From the NCBI GenBank assembly GCA_030141605.1, contig JAQGDQ010000629.1:59773-123772 (forward strand): 64,000 nucleotides of DNA. Reading direction: 5' to 3'. The translations under genes were made by a program, and so were the position numbers. Positions within the stretch are counted from its first letter, which is position 1; the number at the start of each line of letters is the position of its first letter. Origin of the DNA: Tubiluchus corallicola (taxonomy: Eukaryota > Animalia > Priapulida). Positions 1 to 12,334 of the stretch are shown here, one piece after another. The notes beneath the pieces are model-generated. The model worked only from the letters and a program-made list of their open reading frames with translations. It made no database searches and was not told the origin of the DNA.

Positions 1-418
1 TCAAAATCTCTCATATAAGCAGGTCGTCGAAAAGCTGTTGCCAACTGTTTTACAACGACGTTATTAGCGTCACTAATTATCAAAAGAACATGGAGTTGTC
101 TACCGGTGGCGTGCCTTTTGTAGTTCCCAGTAATTGCAAACGCTTAAACATTCTAGCATGCCAATGCTTGCGTGTTAGTACTAGTATATCGTTTCCAAAA
201 GTGATTCGAGTCTTTTTTACAGTTGAATTGCTTATTATTGTTGTCGAAAGTCGCCAAAAATGAAAAAATCTTTTTGCGCAAATGTTGCAGTGGTGCAGTT
301 TAGATGGGCCCTTTCAGAGAATGTCTATTGTTAAAACATGCCAATTAAGGAAATTCGAAAACGTAAAAATTCCAACAATCTACAGTAATAGTGTAGTACA
401 ACAATCTACAGTATACTA

Positions 419-508
419 TAGTAGTAGTAGCAGTAGTAGTAGTAGTAGTAGTAGTAATGGTAGTAGTGGTAGTAGTAGTAGTGGTAGTAGTAGCAGTGAT
501 AGTAGTAA

Positions 509-598
<90 letters not shown>

Positions 599-599
599 C

Positions 600-678
<79 letters not shown>

Positions 679-679
679 A

Positions 680-727
<48 letters not shown>

Positions 728-736
728 CAATAGTAA

Positions 737-822
<86 letters not shown>

Positions 823-885
823 ATAGTAATGGTAGTAGTAGTAGTAGTAGTAGTAGTAATAGTAGTAGTAGTAATAGTAGTAGTT

Positions 886-923
<38 letters not shown>

Positions 924-965
924 TGTTGTTGTTGTTGTTGTTGTCGTTGTTGTAACAGCAGCAGC
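419..965. repeat. (AGT)n microsatellite, about 540 bp
   Basis: Direct reading. Confidence 0.98.
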
Positions 966-1392
966 AATAGTAATAGTAGGTACTACTTCAAGAACCACTT
1001 TCTTGTCGTTTAAGGTCAAGCACGCATTATTATTGTTATTTTTATTTTCTCCAGCCTTACAGAATTTCTACAAGTAAAATTTGTCTAATAGCATTTCAGA
1101 GACATTATAGCGATGAAACATTATGCTTGAGTAATAGTTATGTAATGTATAGTGCCTGAAAAGATTACAAACAATCAAGATTTATCAAATTTCTCAAAAA
1201 AACTCTCAAACTGAAGAAATCTCTCCCAGGCAGATAGAAAACATGATCTCAGCCGTCAAATTAATGAAATTGACCCTCCCTGTCCCAAGGAAATTGGTTT
1301 CCCATTTTTAAATTACAAGATTTTATGCCAACTGTTGCTATTGCATTATGTTTATCAAGGTTGACCATCCAGTATAAGGCAGACCCTTTTAT

Positions 1393-1784
1393 GGAGAACT
1401 TGTGCCTGGAAAGAGAAAGGTTGGACGACCAAAGAAACGCTTCAAAGACAGCCTGAAGGCCTCACTCAAGGAGCTCAGCATGGATATCCGTTCAATGGAA
1501 ACCCTTGTACAAGATCGCTCAGCATGGCGGAGTGCCATCACCGCAGGGGCAAAGACAGCAGAGGCGAAACGAATTGAGGAGGCAGAGGAGAAGCGCATGT
1601 GACACTGCCCAACAACAGTTCAAAACACCCAGCCTCACCTGTGCAAAAAATGCCAAAGAAGTTTTCAGGCCAGAATTGGCCAAGTCAGCTCATCAAAGGA
1701 ATGACAACCCCCCCCCCCCAAACTGACCCTTTATCCCTGTCACTATAATCATCTTCGATTCGAAGGACGAACATCATCATAATT
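1393..1784 (+). mobile_element. 5'-truncated RTE-clade LINE, 3' end, with about 36-bp target-site duplication
   Basis: Encodes YGELVPGKRKVGRPKKRFKDSLKASL..DRSAWRSAI (RTE ORF C-terminus); (CAT)n tail; flanked by AAGRTTGACCATCCAGTATAWGGCAGACC..TTAT at 1357-1392 and 1785-1820. Confidence 0.85.
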
Positions 1785-2143
1785 AAGATTGACCATCCAG
1801 TATATGGCAGACCTCTTTATTGTTATTCACGCCCTGCAGTATTTTACGTAAAACTCATGAAAACAATTAACACTTACTGATAACAATTTAATTCGATTAT
1901 TTATTTATTTATTTATTTGTACATCTGTGAACCAAACAAACAGCAGATCAGCAGAAAAACGAAGAGTACGACGCACTTTTAAGCTGAACTCATCAATTCA
2001 GCAATGTTTTGCTCTTCATACAAGATAATTAGATACCCAAAATGTTATGAGATACCCAAATTAAATATATTTAATTTGCAACAGTGAATATATTACCTTT
2101 CTAATTAAGTGTAATAAAAACAAAGATGCGAGATTTGCAAAGC

Positions 2144-3413
2144 TATAGGTTTTACACGTCAAATGTAGACACAGGAAAGTTCAAATGTGACTTAGGTAAG
2201 TCAAATGTGACTTAGGTAAGTCAAATGTAGACATAGGAATTTCGAAATGTGTTTTGGTAACTCAAATGTGACTTAGGTAAGTCAAATGTAGACATAGGAA
2301 TATCGAATGTGTTTTGGTAAGTCAAATGTAGACATAGGAATATCGAATGTGTTTTGGTAACTCCAATGTGACTTAGGTAAGTCAAATGTAGACATAGGAA
2401 TTTCGAATGTGTTTTGGTAACTCAAATGTGACTTAGGTAGGTCAAATGTAGACATAGGAATTTCGAATGTGTTTTGGTAACTCCAATGTGACTTAGGTAA
2501 GTCAAATGTAGACATAGGAATTTCGAATGTGTATTGGTAACTCAAATGTGACTTAGGTAAGTCAAATGTAGACATAGGAATATCGAATGTGTTTTGGTAA
2601 GTCAAATGTAGACATAGGAATTTCAAATGTGTTTTGGTAACTCAAATGTGACTTAGGTAAGTCAAATGTAGACATAGGAATTTCGAAATGTGTTTTGGTA
2701 ACTCAAATGTGACTTAGGTAAGTCAAATGTAGACATAGGAATATCGAATGTGTTTTGGTAAGTCAAATGTAGACATAGGAATTTCAAATGTGTTTTGGTA
2801 ACTCAAATGTGACTTAGGTAAGTCAAATGTAGACATAGGAATTTCGAAATGTGTTTTGGTAACTCAAATGTGACTTAGGTAAGTCAAATGTAGACATAGG
2901 AATTTCGAATGTGTTTTGGTAACTCCAATGTGACTTAGGTAAGTCAAATGTAGACATAGGAATTTCGAATGTGTTTTGGTAACTCAAATGTGACTTAGGT
3001 AAGTCAAACGTAGACAGAGGAATTTCGAATGTGTTTTGGTAACTCAAATGTGACTTAGGTAAGTCAAATGTAGACATAAGAATTTCGAATGTGTTTTGGT
3101 AACTCAAATGTGACTCAGGTAAGTCAAATGTAGATGCATTACTTTGAATAAATCGGTAATTAACTCATTTAAGTGCAAGTTACAAAAAGATAAACCTAAT
3201 TAAAATTAAATTTTATGGTTATGGTGCTATCGGCAGCATCAATTTTTCTCAATGTCTACATTTGATATACCAAAAATGCTTAAGATTTGTTGAAAACTAT
3301 TGTTAACACATTTGAACTACCCAAGTCTACATTTGAGTTACCAAGACACATTTGAATTACCTAAATCTACATTTGAGTTAACGTAGGTCTACATTTGACA
3401 TGTAAAACCTATA
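2144..3413. mobile_element. MITE (TIR TATAGGTTTTACAYGTCAAATGTAGAC) carrying an internal 60-bp tandem array
   Basis: Inverted termini at 2144 and 3413; related copy without the array at 25243-25893. Confidence 0.8.
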
Positions 3414-4507
3414 CAATGAGACGTATCAGACATTTACACTGGTAACTATCTCTCCGATTATGACGTAAATTGAACAGTCAATTAACAGAACAATGAATGA
3501 AATGCTTAGAACTTTACATCCATAGTGACACAAATGATCAGAATTAATGATGCTATAACAGCTAATTACAAAAATAAATTATACTAACTTACTAAGATAA
3601 TCATTTTACAGTGTCATGAAATTATTACTAATATACTGTAATTATTTTATCATGCTATGAACGCCATATGAACTAAACACAATAACAGGTAATAGTTACT
3701 GTAGTGGCAATTACCGCACACCATATCACGACTGGTTCAAGTGCATAGCAACTCAGCCCTCTCAAACCTTAATTTTCACAACTATTATATATATATATGC
3801 AGGCAATGCAGTATTATAGTTTATTCGTACTGCAAGTACAACGTGACTATTCCATATATTAGCGAGTAATTTAAATCATTAGGCCTATATGATAAGTAAG
3901 TTTTATTACGCTAGTACACATAGGGACTAGATTAGAACTTAAAGTTAAACAATTACAGTGAATGAATTCACGGGTACTACATACGTTTATCACACATGTT
4001 TAAACTTGACGCGCACAATCCTAAAACTGTTGAATCAGTTTAGTAAGTTCATTTCAACGAAAGTAAAAATGTCTCGTTGTCTTACTCATGCACGTCCTGC
4101 TGCATCCGCAACAATAACTCGGCAATGTTCTGCATGTGTCAGACGCCACGTTGGAGAGACTACAAGACATTCTTGTTGCTAATCTGTACTCTAATAAAAA
4201 CTGTGAGGAGTAGTATCAAGGTTACGATATCGCGCAAGGTTTGAAAATACCTTTATAGTACTCAAGCACGAAATAAATGAAAACTTTTTACGTTCTCTAA
4301 ACATTGTGGGGTGAAGTGAGTGTTGCAAAAATAATCAAACGCAAAAATACGACTACTGGAAACAATTTCTTATTTTAGTTTTTGCTTAAAAAGTTTCATT
4401 TTATACCTATAAATATGCTTAAAAAAACTCAAATTATCATGTGCGTTCACACTGTACTATGCCAAAGGATATATATATTCCAGGTAACCAGTAAAGCATT
4501 CTAAAGC

Positions 4508-4550
<43 letters not shown>

Positions 4551-4892
4551 TACACATACATATATATATATGTGTGTGTATATAACCAGTAAACAAAAGT
4601 TTCAAAGGCTTAAGCATATGTGTATATACATATACACACACATATACATACACACATATATATATGTGTGTGTATATAACCAGTAAGCAAAGTTTCAAAG
4701 CATATGTGTATAGACATATACACACACATATACATACACATATATACATATATATATATATATGAGGGTGTATATAACCAGTAAGCAAAAGTTTGAAAAG
4801 TAAGCATGCACAGATAAGATATGTGTACCTATTTGCATGGAAAAATTTACTCAGTGAATTCACCTATCAGCTTTCTTACAAACCTTCAATAA

Positions 4893-5203
4893 GTAATGGC
4901 CCATCACAGCTGCATCAACACGTAATGGCCCACCACAGCTGCATCAACGTGTAATGGCCCATCACAGCTGCATCAACATGTAATGGCCCACCACAGCTGC
5001 ATCAACACGTAATGGCCCACCACAGCTGCATCAACACGTAATGGCCCACCACAGCTGCATCAACACGTAATGGCCCACTGCAGCCGCATCAACACGTAAT
5101 GGCCCACCACAGCTGCATCAACACGTAATGGCCCACCACAGCTGCATCAACACGTAATGGCCCACCACAGCTGCATCAACACGTAATGGCCCACCACAGC
5201 TGC
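4893..5203. repeat. 29-bp minisatellite, about 11 copies
   Basis: GTAATGGCCCACCACAGCTGCATCAACAC tandem. Confidence 0.95.
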
Positions 5204-8139
5204 TTCTGCAACATTCGTTAACATAATGCCACTACAGAGCAGCAGGTAAACGAAAAACTTAACAGCAGGTAAACACGGAAACTGCAAACAAACATGAATA
5301 AGCAAAGTGGCAGTGAGATGCTGAAATAAAACATGCACGGTTTTCTATTGACGAAATGACAATTTGGATAATTGGAATTTGAGAAATGAATCATTCGGAA
5401 TGAAAAAAAAAAACAATTAAATGAGATTAAGTGCAAGGTGGCGCTGTCAGCCAACTTACATTGTATGTAAAAATCTCAGTGCATAATTCACATGTGAGAT
5501 TACTACATATTACTATACAATAATAATAATTCCAATGTGGTAATTTGCTAAAATTATTGCCAAACAAGAATAAATACATACACCATCACGAAATTCTATA
5601 AATGCCTATAATAACACAGTGTGTGCAATTCAGAACTATGCAAACTTGTCATCAAACTTTCATACTTAATTAACTAATAAAACTATGTAGCCTACAGCAG
5701 TTGATTAAAGGAAAACAGTACAATATTTATACCATGGCACGTTTTGCTACTGGTAATAATTGCCAAAATTAATGTTTTGCATACTTGGATATTAGGTGAG
5801 AGACAGCGAGCAATGGCATCACATTGGGTTAAATTTTCCAATGACAGAAATCTTTTATGTGCCTTTCACAAGTGTTTACAAAAACGAAGACTGTAAATTA
5901 GCACTGCTAGTCACACAGACAGTGAAACGCAAAAACTTGTTTGGAATTTAAACTAGCAAAAATCAAAGTTCACTTTTCATCAGGTTACCAATAACATAGT
6001 GGTGGGTTTGCATGGATTATCTACGCTTCTGTTAATTTGGTACGGCCTTTCATTTGGCACTGCACGTCTGCAAATGCAGGCATTGTTGCCCATACGCACA
6101 GCTTCGAGCAACAATGAAATTCGTCTTTGGAAGTAAAGAAAAACAATGTTTGCACTTCGGTTGTTTTAAGACGTAAATCGTTTAAAAATTACGGTCCAAA
6201 AGTATGTTTTCCTTTAATGACCCAATTCCTTTGCACTGCTATCATTATAGGCGCCACAGTTGCATGGTAGCAAAATGTTATAGAAGTGCCCTAAATTTTT
6301 GTACTAAAAAATTTGCACAGAAAGATTTCACTGCCAGACATGACACCAGAAATCTAAGTTGTAACAGAAAAGAAAATCATTTCTTCAGCTTTGAGCAAAA
6401 AAACAGTGCATTACAGTTTTTCTTGAACCAACAGCATGTATACGGTAGCTCACTCTTTTGAGTGAAAACAAAAGCTGGTATGCAAAATTTTGTTTAAATC
6501 CATACACTTTTTCTACAAATGTGCAAGAGTGGAAATCTTCCACAATGATTGCCGTGCTTTTATTAGACAAAACGATCGACTAAAATCTACGTTTGGGGCA
6601 TCTGATACTAAACACTACAGTCTTTCACCGGACAATATATGACAGAAATCACACGCTATACACAGAGGTGATGTGACTAAGGCAAAATATCACATGTGTT
6701 ACTATTAGATGATTTGCACAGCTATAATTATCGTAATCACAGTATGCACTAGCTACTACATTTAATTAAACAAGAGAAACTCCCACGTAAACTCGGCAGA
6801 GAGGAAACAAAAAGATGACCGATCTAGTTGACGCTTTGAGACTTTCGACTCAAAGGTGCCAGGATCAAGCCTTGCTTTGATCAGTAATTTCTGCAATATC
6901 GTTTATGCTCAACGACAAACTGCTGAGCTTAAGAATCGGTCGCGTTTACACTGTTACAATAGCCTCATAAAGTATAGAGAAATGCCAAGTTCAAATTTAA
7001 TTACAATGTGACCTGCATTTAAGAACCTAATATTAGATAAAAGTACACAATGTGTAGCTGTCTCAGCCAGTGGCAGAGCTAACAGGGGAGCAACCACCTC
7101 CGCCTGACTATATTTTTCAAAATTGGCACATCTCAACAAATTTTTTTTTTATTTTAAATGCAAAATTAAAATGTATAGTCAGTGAGTTAAAAACGTCTGG
7201 TATGTGTTTTTAGTGTGCTTGCTCCCCTTAACTTTAGAACATGGCTATGCCCCTGTTCTTGGCGATTGTTGAAAAATTGTTCCAAAAGATGATATTTGTG
7301 TACTTGCATAGCAAAAACATCAGTAAGTTGGCAATTAAGCTTTTCTAGTTATTCACATATCCTGAATCTCCATTTCACGAGGATCATTTTGATACCAAGT
7401 TCATCGCTCTGTGTTATTTCTAAACTGAGATAATCCATGTTGAAGTTGAGGTGCAGGTTGCACACTGAAAAACATAATTTTTTTCGCGTATCTACAAAAC
7501 ACTTAGCAAGCGCATAAATGCTGGTTGCTATGGACTTTACAAGAGCACACTGAAGTTATGTTTAAATCCAGTAGATAGGTCTTCCTGATGAAGATCCGGT
7601 CTTGGCAACAGAAAAAGCCCGAAGCAAAATGACTGCTTCCACGAGTTACTATCAGAGTTTGAAAATGCAAGTTTTTTTACAATTGCAGTACCAGTTTCTA
7701 GCCAGAAAAGTGGGTACGGGGTTACAAAATTAAATTTTTAGTATTTTTTGAACATTTTCCTTATAATCCTTATAATTTGATACTAGAATACAAAAGTCCA
7801 ATATATTTAGCGTCTGTTTTTATAAAAAACAAAAAATTGACGTTTGTCATAATTTTTGGTGCATTCTACTTTGAAGCACCATACCGTAGTTTTTATTATG
7901 CCGACTTGTGGACGATTTTGGTTTGCAAGCACACGTATGTTCATTGCTACAGTTTCCATTCACATCGCAATTATTGTGGCCACAGCAATTAATTTGAAGA
8001 GGCTGTAAGAAATGAACCTTGGTACACGATGCAGTACTTTATGAAAATAATTTTTCAAAGTTTAACAAAAGAAATGACCGAAACTTCAAACTACGGGAAT
8101 TGCAGCAGCCAACCTTAGATAGCATGCAACCCCAGTAAA

Positions 8140-8690
8140 CAACACTTAAAAACATTTATAGTTAAAAACAACAAAACTTTATTAAAACTTTTAAATTGGA
8201 AAGTTAAAGTCACGCAAAATGTTTCGACAGGCTGCTGCTGCTGTCATCATCAGTGGTAACTTTACAAACTTTCTTTTATTAATAAGTGCCAGTTATCTAC
8301 GTACCCTAATCAGCCTGCTCTTAATGTACAAAGCAGTTCAATTCCTTTAACTTTATTTTCAAACACTTAGCTATTTGTTACTGTATCAGTTTCTTTCCTT
8401 CAGCTCTGTTTATTCATTACCTATTTGTATTTTGTAAATACATAATTAGTGCTTAAGTTACTGCATCAATTTCTTTACTAGTCTGTTTATTCATTACCTA
8501 TTTGGCTTCTGTTAACTACTTAATTAGTGCATAACAGGCTCTGCTTATATAAACTGGTTGCACATTTGTAAACTTATCACTGATGACGACAGCAGCAGCT
8601 ATTCGAAATGTTTGACATGATTTTAACTGTCTCATGTAAAAATTTTAATAACGTTGCGCTGTTTTTTTACTATAAATGTTTTTATGTGTC
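8140..8690. mobile_element. Inverted repeat pair (about 120 bp arms) with hammerhead-like core; Penelope-like pLTR relic
   Basis: 8140-8262 is the reverse complement of 8570-8690; each arm has CTGATGA-N-GACAG..CTGTC-GAAA (stem degraded in the right arm). Confidence 0.5.
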
Positions 8691-9160
8691 TCTAATAAAA
8701 ACATGACTCAAAAACCACGTTTACGGTCTAACTTTAACACTAAGCTACAATCAAGAAAATAACTTTCCTATCTTTCTTAAAACTATTCACATTAAATTAT
8801 AGCATGGTGGAAGCACCTATTCTGCACCATTAACCACAAGCAGAAAACAGCTGTAGAAACTGCTAGCGACTACTACGCAAGATTACAAGCAAGTACAAAT
8901 TATGAACAAACTTTAATGTACAATACGGCTATGACAATTACACGAGTCTAAACTCTTATAATTTCGTGTCACGTAGCGTGAATAATCATATAGCATCGTT
9001 TAGGTAAGCATAACGAACACTTATTTAATTAATTGCAGTAGCTAAACCAAGACACTATAAATAACGAATCACAAAGACTTTAGTTTACTTCGGCTTGTGT
9101 GGAAAACGAGTGAAATGTTACGATCTGTAGTTATTTGTCTCTTCTTATTATCACTAACGA

Positions 9161-9202
9161 TCATTCCTCTGTCATGCCACGAATTTTTCCCAGCCTCCGT
9201 TG
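9161..9202 (-). CDS. PITPNA: PITP C-terminal exon 9d (QRRLGKIRGMTEE*), giving a canonical 270-aa protein
   Basis: TTCTACTTTTTTCAG|CAA CGG AGG CTG GGA AAA ATT CGT GGC ATG ACA GAG GAA TGA; matches the conserved class I tail (RxxGxxRGM/KGMT). Confidence 0.85.
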   Translation of the reverse strand, partial: QRRLGKIRGMTEE

Positions 9203-9690
9203 CTGAAAAAAGTAGAAACTTGATGTAGAGAAACAACGGTAAAGTCATCACTAGTGAAACTTTCACAATTACTGTAAACATCCATGATCATTGTAATTCA
9301 TTAAATTTAGAAAAACGTTCTCTCTCTCTAAAATGCTTTCTCCTTTCTTTATTTCAACCTTCTTTTCTGTTTCTCTTTCCACTTTCTTCCTTTCCTCCTT
9401 TTTTCTTTCTGTCCAACACAGTCTCTCCCCCTCCCTTTTCTTTTTCCTCCATGCCCATCCCTCTCTCTCTCTCTCTCCCTTCCTCCCTCCCTCCTCTCTG
9501 TCCCTCCCTCTCTCTCTCCGCCCTCTCTCTCTCCATTTCCGTCTCCCTCTCTTTCTGCAAATCATAGGCTTGTAAATTTAACTTAGTTCAACAATGTTTG
9601 CTATACGAACAAAATCATAAATAATACTAATTAGGTCTTAACTATATCAACTTCATGCAAAACCAAATTAGAATTCTTGTAAACAACTGT

Positions 9691-9729
<39 letters not shown>

Positions 9730-10344
9730 GCAATAACAAGAAATTTATGCCTGCCAGAAGAACTGAATTTCTTCTGAAACTGCCATTACTTGCAAACAAA
9801 GCAATTAACACCTGCAGGATAATTTGCTGCAGTTTAGACAACAATAAAATCATATCTTATGTAGCTTATCACACTACATCACTCAAATTGTAGTCGTACG
9901 AGCAATGTATCCTTCACAAAGGTTAGCTTGTTTTTGTTTTGGAAAACTTTTTCTTACAGGCTAAAAATCACAAAAATTATCCGTGAAAAAATACCCACAC
10001 TTCCCTGGGTTTCTATTAGAACCAGAAAAAGATTGACATGGCGCGACTTTAACGGGAACAAAAAAAAAAGAAACACGCACAGGGTCGAATTCCGTGACTG
10101 CGAAACATTGGGAAAATTTGTTGAGGCATCAGGCAGGCCACTAAAAATATTTCTGTCTTACCTCACGACAGAAGGGAGTCACTAGGGAGGGAGAAAAAAC
10201 ATTTTTAAAGCTTTGTGAATGTTTAAAGCTGAATCGTGGAATATTTAGAATCAGTGGTTTATTTCCCACTGGTTAGCAGTAATGTTTTAAATTTTTTTCA
10301 GTGCACATTTTTTCACACTTGATGTTTTCAAGTTTCGCATTACT

Positions 10345-10670
10345 AAATTATCATATAATTGTTGATTATTGTATAGTTTCTTTTTCTGTATAATTGTCGT
10401 AAATTATCGTATAATAAATATGGTATAATGTATTTTGTATAAGTATGTATAAGTATTTCGTATAATTGTCGTAATATCGTATATTATTGTATAAATTTTG
10501 TATAATTGTCGTAAATTATCGTATAATAAATATTGTATAATGTACTTTGTATAAGTATGTATAAGTATTTCGTATAATTGTCGTAATATCGTATATTATC
10601 GTATAAATTTTGTATAATAGTTGTAAATTATCATAAAATTGTCGATTATTGTATAGTCTCTTTTTTTGTA
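10345..10670. repeat. AT-rich tandem repeat (about 112-bp period)
   Basis: TATAATTGTCGTAAATTATCG at 10389 and 10501. Confidence 0.75.
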
Positions 10671-11207
10671 TCATGAACGTGTATGTTCTGATGATTATGG
10701 TATAAGCGGCAACACTACTCGGTTGTTAATAAACCAATTTGGCGGAAAATTCGATACTTTTTAGCCTCCAACACAATGAGCCGAGAGTTAGTCGTGAAAA
10801 AACATGGCCGCGTCCTGCATTCCCCAAAAGAACGATGTTAAAATAATTATTACATTTTAAATTAAAGAATAAGCTTTTATTATGACTGCGTTGAGTAAAT
10901 ATATGAACGTATGAAAAAAAATTATAAAATTCCCGGCCGGGTGTGGGATAAAAAGTATTATCCAGGTAATTAGACGGAAACAGAAGTATTTTTATCGTCG
11001 GCCTTATGAATGTACAGTGAAGTAAAACATAGCAAGCCTTTTAGCTAACGAACCAGCACACAGATTATACGAAAATGCGTGACAACATTATGACGCTGAT
11101 GATAAATGATAAATGATGTGACGTTTGAGTGATGCAGTATCATGCTAAAGAAAATTAAAGGAACAACAACATAATCGTGCACATATAGAGCAAAAACATT
11201 ACAAAGA

Positions 11208-11288
11208 TTATTCGCCGTCGCTTTCGCTGGAGGCCTCGCTTGATGACATCATCAACAGATGCCCCTTAAGAGAACCCCTGAGTCGTTG
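11208..11288 (-). CDS. PITPNA: PITP alternative C-terminal exon 9c (QRLRGSLKGHLLMMSSSEASSESDGE*)
   Basis: Third tandem copy, intact acceptor, TAA stop; AATAAA on the minus strand near 10875. Confidence 0.65.
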   Translation of the reverse strand, partial: QRLRGSLKGHLLMMSSSEASSESDGE

Positions 11289-11405
11289 CTGCAACAAAGA
11301 GTTGCGAGTACGGTCAGCAAACAAGAAAAGCATTGTTTAAGAAAGAAATCAAAACAAGTGAACATGTCAAGCATGCACCTATATAGAGACTAGGCATTAC
11401 ACAGA

Positions 11406-11498
11406 CTATGTGTCTTGGCCGACAGCGGCTTCACGCGACGGAGACGCGGACATTGAGGCCATCATCAGCATCCCTCTGAGAGAACCCCTGAGTCGTTG
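11406..11498 (-). CDS. PITPNA: PITP alternative C-terminal exon 9b (QRLRGSLRGMLMMASMSASPSREAAVGQDT*)
   Basis: Tandem copy with intact GCTGAC branch-like site, TTTGTTGCAG acceptor and TAG stop. Confidence 0.65.
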   Translation of the reverse strand, partial: QRLRGSLRGMLMMASMSASPSREAAVGQDT

Positions 11499-11615
11499 CT
11501 GCAACAAAGAGTTGCAAGTACGGTCAGCAAACAAGAAAAGCATTGTTAAGGAAAGAAATCAAAACAAGTGAACATGTCAAGCATGCACCTATATAGAGAC
11601 TAGACATTACACAGA

Positions 11616-11711
11616 CTATGGGTCTTGGCCGACAGCGGCTTCGACACGCGAAGGAGACGCGGAGATTGCGGTCATCATCAGCATCCCTCTGACAGAACCT
11701 CTACGTCGTTG
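11616..11711 (-). CDS. PITPNA: PITP alternative C-terminal exon 9a (QRRRGSVRGMLMMTAISASPSRVEAAVGQDP*)
   Basis: ACTGAC branch-like site, TTTGTTGCAG acceptor, phase 0; RRGSVRG resembles the PITP-beta tail RKRGSVRG; ends in TAG. Confidence 0.75.
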   Translation of the reverse strand, partial: QRRRGSVRGMLMMTAISASPSRVEAAVGQDP

Positions 11712-12334
11712 CTGCAACAAAGTTGCGCTTGTGGTCAGTATGCAACAAATGCAATAACATTCATGTGCACTAGCAGGTTTCTACACTAATAAAAAGCAAC
11801 ATGCACTATCTTCAAAAAAACCACTACTACTGTTCTAACATTCTATAAGCATGCAGGACATAACATTGTAATGGATTGGTCTCACCTGATATGTACAATG
11901 AAGGGAAATGTATGTTTTGTAGCAAAAATACAATCTAACTACCATTGCGATTCTTGATACGAAAGCTGCTGGGTTACGACGTACTTGCCAGGCAAGTTAA
12001 ACAATACTATGCCTGTTTAATTAAAGGATGCATGACTGTAGGGAAAATTGTTTTTGTGAGTGGCCATTTTCATACAGCCTCGGGCAATTATCTCGCTGCA
12101 AGAGATGTTTAACTTCCGAAAGAGGATAAGACACCTTTGGTTCCATGCCTCATCTCGGAGAATTATCCCTGGTAATGAGCAATGTTCTGGTCCTACCACA
12201 GTCGGGCCCTGCAACTGTAGTCAGTGCCGAATCCAAATCTGCTGAGTGCCAGCAATGCAAAACAGTAAACAACAAAGATTTTACACAGGTGCCCAAAAGT
12301 ATTCAGGTAGTAATTAGTAATTACAATTACTTAC

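Noticed and set aside
282-1077. Long poly-S/T/L/V ORFs
   Set aside because: Translations of the (AGT)n microsatellite; the same applies to ORFs over 24023-24467, 36494-36772, 44203-44799, 51658-51888, 53762-55502 and 58293-59224.
2282-3107. Repetitive ORFs (MSTFDLPKSHLSYQNTFEIP)n
   Set aside because: Open only because the satellite unit is 60 bp; no splice or homology support.
4080-4160. Possible distal PITP exon after TCTTGTAG (SLQRGV*)
   Set aside because: Too short, no homology; could be UTR but cannot be supported from sequence.
6909-6950. Extra PITP terminal exon (CKRDRFLSSAVCR*)
   Set aside because: Poor polypyrimidine tract and no similarity to PITP tails.
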